64,000 nt of DNA, from assembly GCF_009914755.1 (NCBI RefSeq), contig NC_060943.1; one strand, 5' to 3'. The position numbers and the translations under genes were made by a program. Under the pieces are notes generated by a model that was given only the letters and a program-made list of their open reading frames with translations, did not search any database and was not told where the DNA came from. Of the stretch, positions 52,704 to 64,000 are shown piece after piece. The stretch is from the human T2T-CHM13v2.0 reference genome, Homo sapiens. Position 1 is the stretch's first letter; each line of letters begins with the position of its first letter.

Positions 52704-53019
52704 TTACATGCCCAAGGATGGCTGTAATGAAAAAAAAACAAGTGTTGGCAAGGATATAAACTGACACCCTCATGCACTGCTGGTGGGAATGTAAAATGGT
52801 GCAGCTGCTTCTTCAAAAAGTTAAATATAGAATATATCACCCCGAGGCCGGGCTTGGTGGCTCACGCCTGTAATCCCAGCACTTTGGGAGGCCGAGGTGG
52901 GCGGATCCCAAGGTCAAGAGATAAAGACCATCCTGGCCAATATGGTGAAACCCCATCTCTACTAAAAATATAAAAATTAGCCAGGCATGGTGGCGCACAC
53001 CTGTAGTCCCAGCTACTCA

Positions 53020-53208
<189 letters not shown>

Positions 53209-53592
53209 CTACAACATAGAGATTATTCATCCATAAGAAGGAACGACATATTGATATACGCTACTACATAGAGGAACCTCAAAAACATTAAGCTTAGCCA
53301 AGTGTGGTGGCACCTGCCTGTAGTCCCAGCTACTCTGGAGGCTGAGGCAGGAGGATCACTTGAGACCAGGAGGTTGAGGCTGCAGTGAGCCATGAGCCAA
53401 GGTCCCACCACTGCACTGCAGCCTGGGCGATAGCCCAAGACCCTGACTCAAAACAAAAAATCATGTTGCTAAGTTAAAGAAGCCAGTCACAAAAGGCCAC
53501 ATATGATTCCATTTACATGAAATGTCCAGAGTAGGTAAATTCATAGAGACAGAAAGTAAACTGGTGGTTAGCAGACACCAGGAGACAGGGGG

Positions 53593-54231
<639 letters not shown>

Positions 54232-57200
54232 TAGGATACAAAAACTGACTGCTTAATGGGTACAAAGTTTTATTTTGGGGTAATGAAAAGGTTTTGAAAC
54301 TAGATAGAGGTAGTGGTTACACAACATTGTGATATACTAAAGGCCAATGAATCATACACTTCAAAATGGTTAATCTCACGTTATGTAAATTTCATCCCCG
54401 TTTTTTTTTTTTTAAAGGATAAAAACTAAAAAAAACCTCATCTGTGTTACTGGAGGTTAGGAGAGCGGTAACTGCTTGGGAGGAGCACTTGGGAGAGCTT
54501 CCGGGGACCGTCTTATTCTATTTCTTGAACTGTACACTGGGATTGGGGCGAGTTTATTATCCAGGCATTTATCTGTGGCCTTTCATACTTTGGTAACAAG
54601 CTAAGAAAAGAAACCTAAAAGCTGAACGCAGTGGCTCACAACTGTAATCCCAGCACTTTGGGAGGCCAAGACAGGAGACTCACTTGAGGCTAGGAGTTCA
54701 AGACCCACCTGGGCAATATAGCAAGACCATATATCTATGAAAAAAAAAAAAAGACAAAAAACAGGTAGAAGGAAAAATATCCTCACAATTGTATTCCTAT
54801 TTTGCGGATGGGGAAACTGAGTCACAGAGAGGTCCTATTAGTTTGCCCAACCTTCCCAGCTGTTACCTGGGAGAGCCAGAATTGGAAAGCACAGCCCACA
54901 TCTTGACTACTATACCGTCTGCCTCTAAACCGGCAGATGGAGCCCAGCATGGGGCGTGGCAGAGGGCAGGTGCTCTGCTAATGGTGGTGTGCTGCAGCTG
55001 TGTCAGAAGTGGGACCAGCACATGGCATGAGTGACTCTGATTAGATGTGCTATTACTACACCCTTGGCCTTAAGCACAGCTTGCTGGGTGAGAGGCAGCA
55101 CGTGGGCCAGGCCTTGAGAGCACTAGTTCAGGAGTCAGAGGGCCTGAGTCCAACCTCAGCTCTACCCACTCCTTGCTGAAACCTCAAGCAAGTCACTCTT
55201 CCTACTGAACCTTAGCTTTCCAGTCTGTAAGGTGGCATGTGCTCCACAGGGCATCTATAAAAATTCAACAAAATCAGGCTTGCCTAGAGCAGAGACAGGT
55301 GTCTGGCACACAGTAAGTGCTCAGTAAACCAGCACTGCCATTATTTTAACCACCAAGGGGGTCGGTGGGGTGGTACAGGTCCCAAAACAGCAGTAGTCAG
55401 CAGGGCCCACCTCACCTTGCCCACCTCTGCCAGCTGCTACTCAGAAAGATGGGCACTGGGAAGGCCCAAGAGTGCAGGTGTGCACAAGCGTGTGTGTAGG
55501 GTGCAAACCTGAGACAGGTGTGTCAGAGCTAGGCCATCCCAGATGACAGAGGCAGGCCTGTGGCTGGGTCATCTGGCCCCTTGTAACATGAATGCGGACA
55601 CTGAAGGCCCAAGAGGGGCCAAGACTCATTTAATGCCATCAGTAATCCTAGACCAGAGAGAAACTCTTGCCCCTCCAACAGTTCCACACCCATCCCAAGG
55701 CTCTCACAGTCCAGCCTAATGAGCCATGGCCTCCGCACGTGCAGGCCACGGGACAGGAGCCCATGACCCTGTGTTCCCCAGCACACCACCCACACACCAC
55801 GCCAACCATTCATTCAACAACCATTTACTGAGTGCCTACTGTATGCCCACCACTTTTAGACGTGCTGGGGATACCACTGTGAAGAAGCCTCATGAAAATG
55901 CCTACCCTTGTAGAGCTGACAACATCAGAGATCTGGCTTGTTAACCCACTTTATAGATGTGAAACCAAGGCTCAGTGAGGTGACATGGCTTGCTCACAGT
56001 TGCACTAAGAGGAAGCAGCAGAACCAGGGTTAGAACCTTGATAGCTGCCAAGACTCAGGAAGCTCCATCAACAAACCCAGACTCCAGGCTCAGGCTGGGG
56101 GACTGGGCCAAGGGACCTTAAAAGCCATCTCTGTCCAGAAAGAGCAGCAGGACACGAATCTCCTCTGCTCAGTCAGGTGGGGAGGCTGCTCCCAGGGAGG
56201 GGCGTCCATCCCTCATCGCTGCTCCCTGTCTGCGTCTGCAGGCTGGTACAGTGCAGGATGCGTGGCTCTTCCCGATGCCTGCAGCGCCAGCTTCCTGCCC
56301 CCTCTTTGAACAAGCCCACTTACCCCCTCAGGACTCATTGGCTGTCGCCTCTGGCATAACTGTGAGGCTCAATCCCCGATTTCCTTCAGGCCTTTATTCA
56401 GATGCCCCCTTCTCAGCGAAGCCCCCTCTGGCCGCCCTGCCTGCCTCATGCCCTCCCATCCTCACGTTGCTTGTTTTTTCTCCATGGCTCGCGCCACCGT
56501 GAGACATGCATGTCTGCCTGGGAGCTGTCTGCCTCCCTGTCAGCGCCCAAGATACTAACACGAGGATGGGATGTTTGCCTGTCGGGCTCACTGCTGGACC
56601 CCAGGACCTAGAACAGCGCCTGGCCCACAGGCGCTGCTCAGCACGTGTTTGCTGAATGAATGCAAGTGCACACAGGGCAGCCAACCGCCACACCTGGGGA
56701 CCTTCTTTCCAGGGGGAGGCCCACAGAAGCTGGCCTGGGACAAAGCCATCTCTCAGCAGGTGGCGCTTCTCCCCATCTGCCTCCCAGTCTTGCGTGGCAG
56801 CCACTTTGGGACAAACAGCCCTGGGGTCAAAAAGGGTCTCTTCCCTGTCCTAACTTCACTAAAAGGGGACCTCAGCTTCCCACTAGTACAAATGGATCAG
56901 GCCACGCATCGGCTCACGACATCACAGGGCTGCTCTCGTCTGGAGTGCCAAAGCCAAGGTCCTTTTCCATGACCTGCAGGCGCGACACAGCTGGACTCCG
57001 CGTTGCTCCTCTGCTTGCCTCCCCCAGCTCGCCCTAGCTCACACTGCTCCAGCCACGCTGTTACCAGAAAACACCAGGCACATCCCCACCTGGGAGCCTC
57101 TGTCCTTGCTGTCCCTCTCCCTGGGACACCCTTGCCCAGCCAGCGTCTCACCTCCTCCAGGCTCCAGGCCTCTGACCACTGCCGTCTCCTCCGGGCAGCC

Positions 57201-57716
57201 TCTTGATGCCCCCCCGCCCCCAGCCCATTGTCCCTCACTCACAGTTCCCACTTTTCACCCCAGCACTTGCCACCCCGACATTCCATGTCTACTTATTTAC
57301 TGCCTGCCCCACCCCCACTGGAATGTAAGCTCCATCAGGGGACCACTGTGTCTCGGAGCCCGGGGCTATCCGGCACAGCACACAGTCAATGAATACTTGC
57401 TAACTGAATGAATGCTGAATACTGCCTCACTGTGTTAGTTCAGTGACGTGACTTCCCCTCTCTGGGCCTCAGTTTCTTCATCTATAAAATGGGGCTATGA
57501 ATGAGATCACTCATGCACAGTCAGATCCCTGCTCTCCTGCCCAGATGACCACTGAAGGAGTCCACGAAATGGGGGCATAAGCAGCTGTGGGCCTGGGGCT
57601 GCGGAATGCTGGCTCCTCAGGCTGGTAAGACCCTCCGCCTCTGCCTCTCAGGGCACAGCTTTCCAGGAGGAGCCAGCGTGGGAGAAAGAATCTGGCGGGC
57701 AAAAGCGGCCTCTTAC

Positions 57717-57762
57717 CACGCTTGTGGAGCCAGCCTTCTTTGATGACAGACACCTCATTCAT
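57717..57762 (-). CDS. AKT2: AKT2 first coding exon (whole exon 57717-57846); MNEVSVIKEGWLHKR
   Basis: GCCACCATG Kozak; G|gtaaga donor; ttgcag| acceptor at 57847. Confidence 0.97.
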
Positions 57763-57782
57763 GGTGGCAGCGTGGTACGCTG

Positions 57783-57818
57783 TCACCTAGCTCGGGACAG
57801 CTCAGGGCAGCAGGACAT
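57783..57818 (-). other. 11-codon uORF (MSCCPELSRAR*) in AKT2 5'UTR
   Basis: ATG…TGA within exon 2, ending 20 nt before the main ATG. Confidence 0.75.
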
Positions 57819-59135
57819 GCAGGAGGCACCGTGGACAGGGCACAGTCTGCAAGACAAGAGAGGAGCTGGTCAGGGCGGGAGGGGATTCCACACCAGCCCC
57901 TTCCCTGAGGACGCCGGGCTCTGAGGCCCTCTGGCTGTTCTGCCCACTCAGCAAAGGGTAAGGCCAGCAAGGGTGGCGTGGAGCCCGCTCTCAAGGACCC
58001 ATTCTGAGCAGAGAGATGTGGCAATGTCCCCAGCGACCCCAATCTGGGGGAAGCAGAGCTCCCCGGCCTAAGCGCAGGCCAGACCCCAAACTCAGGACAC
58101 CCATGCTGGGGGGAGGTGGCCCCTCCACCCACAGTCACTCCTGACTGAGCAAGCATCAAGGTAGCCGTGCCCTGCCCTCCCCGTGTCATTCCCATGGCCC
58201 AACACTGAGGTAACCCAGTATGAATGAGGCAGCCCAGGGTACCTGAGGGAATGCGCAGAGCCACCAGCATCTGCCTGTCCCTCCACCATCTTACACACAC
58301 ACACTCTTTTCTCTCTCTCCCCTCTCCCTTCTTTCCAAACCAGGAAGCCACCAACCTGCCACCTTCAACAAACTAAGCACACTCCCGTCCCCCCATGCCA
58401 TCCCATGCCATTCCCTGAGCCTCAGCGGCCTCCCTCCCCCCATCAGATGACAGAGAAAAGACAGGTCTCAGACAATCCGGGATCTTGAACAAGAAAGCAA
58501 CCTACTGCGTATGCACGGTCTGGGGCCTAGAAGCCAGTCCTGGGGGCTTGACCGAGGCCCTGATCCCTACCCCAAGACCTTCACTTCTGTCCTCAGGGAC
58601 CAGCAACCAACAGACTGAGGGACGCCGAGGCCACTGCTTCGTCTCAGGTTCCCAGAACGGAGGGGAGGAGGGCGCGAGGCAGCGCCAGCTGGGCCCCTAC
58701 CTGGAGCCTGGGGCCTGGCCAGGGTCCACAGAGACCAAGGCGCCTTTGCCTTTCCCAGCCTGGGGTTATTTGCGGACAGCAGGTCGGGAGCTACGGTGGC
58801 GCCCAGAGAAGTGGCAGCTGGCTCTAGGGACACCATGGGCATCAGCTTTCTCTCGTGCCCCAGGGGAGCTGGTGGGCCGGACACGCTACTGCCTGGCATG
58901 TGACAGTGGCAGGCTGCCCAGGTCCCGGCAGAAAGAAGGGAGGTAAGTGGTAGGAAGCGGGAGGAAAGACAAGATGGACATGACAGGGAAGTAAACAAGA
59001 GGGTGAGAAATCACATTCTGGGCTCCAAGCTGCAAAGGCAATGATGCGAGGCTGGGAGCAGCAATAAGGGGCTCCCCTTGCCAGCAACATGCCCGGCACC
59101 CCACAACCCAAGCACACAGGACTGCCAGACTCTCA

Positions 59136-59300
<165 letters not shown>

Positions 59301-61475
59301 TTAAAAATTAAAAAATTAGCCAGGCATGGTGCTGTGCACCTGTAATGTCAGCTATTCGAGACAGGAGGATCACTCGAGCCTGGGAGGTCCAGGCTGCAGT
59401 GAGCCTTGATTGCACCACTGCACTCCAGCTTAGGTGACAGAATGAGACCCTGTCTCAAAAAATATATAAATATGTATGTATTTCTGTATCTCCCACTGTT
59501 CTGTGTGTCAACCTCTAACGTGACCATCTCTCCCCATCCTGCCCGCGGCCTGGCTCTAGTCAGGTCTGCCCCCATCTGCCCCCACCTCTTCCCCGAGTTC
59601 CTACGCTCCACTCTTGCTCCCTCCCACTCACCCCACATTCAGCAGCTAGAGGGATCCCCAACGCTGAACCTGTCTTTCTCCTGCTCAGAACCTTTGTGGC
59701 TCCCTGGTGTTCCCAGCAAAAAAGCCAAACTCCTCAGCTGAGGATCCAAGGCCCTTCAGGACCTCGCCTCTGCTGCCCTGCGTTCCAGGTGCATGAGCTG
59801 AGACGTGCACCTAGAAAGCCCTCGGGAAAGGCTAAGGACCATGACGTTGACTATTGCACCTCTCCAGCCTCTCCGCCCTACCTGACTCTCCATGTTATGC
59901 TTCTGTCACTCAAGCCCTTCCCTCTGGCCTCCATCAGGGACAGCACCTCCTTCTGGGCGTTCTTCTCTCTCTTCCTTGAGGTCTCAGCTAAACCAGTGCC
60001 TCCTCCAGGAAGCCTTCCCCACCTCAGAGGCTGCACTGTGTGCTCTTTGTGCACCCTCGGAGCAACCCTCCCAACACCTATTAACGCTAATGCAGTAGAC
60101 CAGCAAAGCGTCTTATCTAATGAGCACATGAAGAAAGAGGCCAAGTGTCCCCAACTGACCCCCACCCCAGGACCACACACAGCCAGGGACACACTACCAG
60201 ACTCTCTTCATGACACCAATCTTTTTTGGGGTGCATCCTAGACCCCGGATGGTACCAGCAACAGAATGTCACTAAGACACAGCCCTGCCTTCATGAGGCT
60301 CACAGTCTGGTGTGAGGGGCAGAAAAATACACGAATATGCAAATAATCAGGTGGTGGGGAGGCTGGAGAGTGGAAGAACAGGATGTTAGCTTGGTGTGCG
60401 GGACTTGCGAGCAGACACCCGAGTTAACTGAGGGAGTGAGCTGTGTAGACACATGAGGAAATGTATTTCAGCAGGGGAACAGAAAATGCAAGGACCTGAG
60501 GCAGGAGGGGGCCTGGTGAGGAGAAACACGAGAGAGGTGGACAGGGGAGAACACCAAGGGCCTTCTGGGCTATGGCTGGGACTGAGAGAAGCCCGTCCCC
60601 TACACGGACCTACACCACACCTTCCCTGATGCAAGCTCAGTTCAAAATACTTCCCAAATGGCTGGGAGGGAGAACTCAGAGTCCAAAGGAGGGGCTGATG
60701 TGGAGGGAATAGAACAGGGGCTCCATGTCTCATCTCCCCTCTCGCTGGCCCACAGCGGCCCAGGGACATCGCCTCTCAGGGCCCTTGTAATGCAGCAGCA
60801 CTAAAGTACCCACTGTGGGCCCAGGGCTCGGCCTACTGCCTGGCGCCCAGTGAACAGCCAAACACATGGCTGCCATTATTCCAGAGAGAAGCAAAGGCAG
60901 CCAGGTATGGCCAAGAGTGGTCTGGGTTCCAGAGTCCAAGAGCCACCGCCAGCTGGGTGGCCTTGGGCAGGGTGCCGGCGCTCCCATGGAGTCTCTCCTG
61001 AATGCTCCCAACACCCCACCAGACAGTCAGTGACCATGCCCAGATGAGGACAGAAGCTGAGAGAAGGGAAGCTGTTTACCTCGGGTCTCCCAGCCGAGAA
61101 GCAGCGGAGGCCCTGGCCGCTGCTGGGATCAACAGAGCTGCTTTTTACAAGCTCATCTCAGCAACTAAGGAGTCAGCACAGCTGGAGGGAGAGCAGGGGG
61201 AGGAGTTGGAAGATCCCCTGCGTCCCGCCTGGATCCTGCCCTGTCCTCCCACTGAGGGTGGTGCCTCAGCTGAGGTGTCCGTGACGCAGTCCTGTGGTGA
61301 TGAAATACCAGCCACTGCAGCCAAGAAGATGGCTGGCTTAGGCCGGGCACGGTGGCTCACGCCTGTAATCCCAGCACTTTGGGAGGCTGAGGTGGGCGGA
61401 TCACCTGAGGTCGGGAGTTCGAGACCAGCCTGACCAATATGGAGAAATCTTGTCTCCACTGAAAACAGAAAATTA

Positions 61476-61607
<132 letters not shown>

Positions 61608-63201
61608 TCAAAAAAAAAAGATGGCCTGATCACTCGGGGGGCTGCCAATGGAGGACACTCAGGCAGGGGGACAGAGACTCGCCTATGGAACCCCCATAGC
61701 ACGCCCTGCGGAGGGGAGTCCCTGCACGGCCCCACCACACTCATTACTTCCTAAGGTTCCTGGGCATGAGTCTTCTGAGTGCCTGGGCCAGAGCTGCAGC
61801 TGTTGACTCAAGACAAGGTAAAAAGAGCAAGAGCACCTCACAGGAGAGGACACCCACACAACCAAGAAACATACATAATCTCATTAGTTACAGGCAAATG
61901 CAAATCATAACCACCTACCTGGGATGGCTCGAATTTTAAAAACTGACAAGGCCAACTGCTGGCTCGGATGTAGAGGAACCAGAACCCTTACTCATTATTG
62001 GTGGGAGGTGCAAAATGGTTCAACTACTGTGGAAAACTGTTAAGCAGTCAAAATCAAAGCTCAATATATGCCTATCCCACGACCTAGCAATTCGTCTCAA
62101 GGAAATTAGTGTATGTACAAAAGACTTGTACTACAATGTTGACAGCAGCAATATTCACAGTAACCCCAAACTGGTAACAGACCAGGAGTCTACCCACAAG
62201 AGAATGAATAAACAAACACGTAGATCCACAGTAGAACACTACTCAGCAACGAAAAGGACTAAACTGCTGCTGAATACAGCAGGGAAGGAGTGAGAGAATG
62301 TTATAGAGTGAAAGAAGTCAGCACTCTGCCCACGCCCCTCCTGCAGCCTGGAGCCCCGTGACCACCTGAGTCAGCTCCCACCCCTTCTCCGCTCGAACCC
62401 TCCCATGCAACATAAAAGCCAAAATCCCCAAAGCAGCCCCAGGACCCTACGCGGCCTGCAACATCCCCCTTTGCTTCTCTGAGGGCACTTCACTTCAGCA
62501 GTGCCTGGCTCCCTCAGCTGCCAGGATACATGGGGACGCCCCACCTCAGGGCCTTGCAGGCACTGCACCCTCAGGTGGAAACTCAGGCCCCTCTCCACTC
62601 TCTTCAGCCTCTGCTCACGTCCCTTTCTTGAGAAGCCTTCCTAACCTCCCTAGGCAAAGCATGCCCACCCTACCTCCCCTTACCCTTACCCTTCATTTTC
62701 CCCTAAGCACCCATCACCACCGATGTTACTGTATGTGTTTGCTTACGCTGACAGCCCACCACCCACACTGGAATGTCAGCACGACAAAGGCAGGACTCTT
62801 GGCTGCCTTAGCCACAGCTGGATCCCCAGAGCTTTGTAGGGTGTTGGGCACAGAGTGGAGTGGGTACTTAATAAGTATCTGTGGAATGAACATGTACAGA
62901 GTGAAGCCCTGTGCCCAGAACAGGCTCAAAATAAGCTCAATTCCTTTCCTTGCCACTTACTAAGTCCTTTTTCTCTCGCCCCCTCTCACTGACCTGGTTT
63001 TGATGCCAGACAGCACAGATGGGCTAGGGAGGCAGGTGGGGAAGCAGAGATCTGCGTCTCTTGGAGCTGGAGCTGGTGGGTGGGGCTCCTTCCTGGTGCT
63101 GCGGAGGCTCATTGGGGAGGTGGCAGCGACCCCCTCAGGAGCCTCTGTCGCCTGCACTCAGATCTGTGCCTTTCCACAGCGCCCGGAGGAAGACTTGCTC
63201 A

Positions 63202-63777
<576 letters not shown>

Positions 63778-63780
63778 TCA

Positions 63781-64000
<220 letters not shown>

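Noticed and set aside
57822-57842. RE1-like GGAGGCACCGTGGACAGGGCA in the AKT2 5'UTR
   Set aside because: Left half-site is degenerate (lacks TCA); probably weak or chance

Overview
Human genomic DNA, recognisable as chr19q13.2. It is GC-rich and very Alu-dense. It holds four protein-coding genes: the last five exons of MAP3K10/MLK2 (+), complete TTC9B (-, 239 aa), complete CCNP/CNTD2 (-, atypical cyclin), and all 13 coding exons plus the 3'UTR of AKT2 (-, 481 aa; non-coding exon 1 lies beyond the window). I checked every exon boundary by hand against GT-AG and reading frame. The rest is Alu, L1, L2/MIR, ERV LTRs, hAT DNA transposons and several tandem repeats. Best leads: (1) an in-frame terminal exon that would give CCNP a complete cyclin C-terminal fold (329 aa rather than the 307-aa read-through form); (2) three CCAAT boxes exactly 32 bp apart at the CCNP 3' end, pointing antisense; (3) a near-perfect REST/RE1 site inside the first TTC9B codons; (4) an Alu-L1 chimeric retro-insertion with shared target-site duplications (TSDs); (5) a tiny polyadenylated retrocopy nested in a locally duplicated segment whose empty-site paralog lies 3 kb away; (6) a possible TTC9B/MAP3K10 antisense 3' overlap. 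I found no wholly new gene system. Repeat subfamily names come from recall of consensus sequences, and repeat coordinates are approximate.
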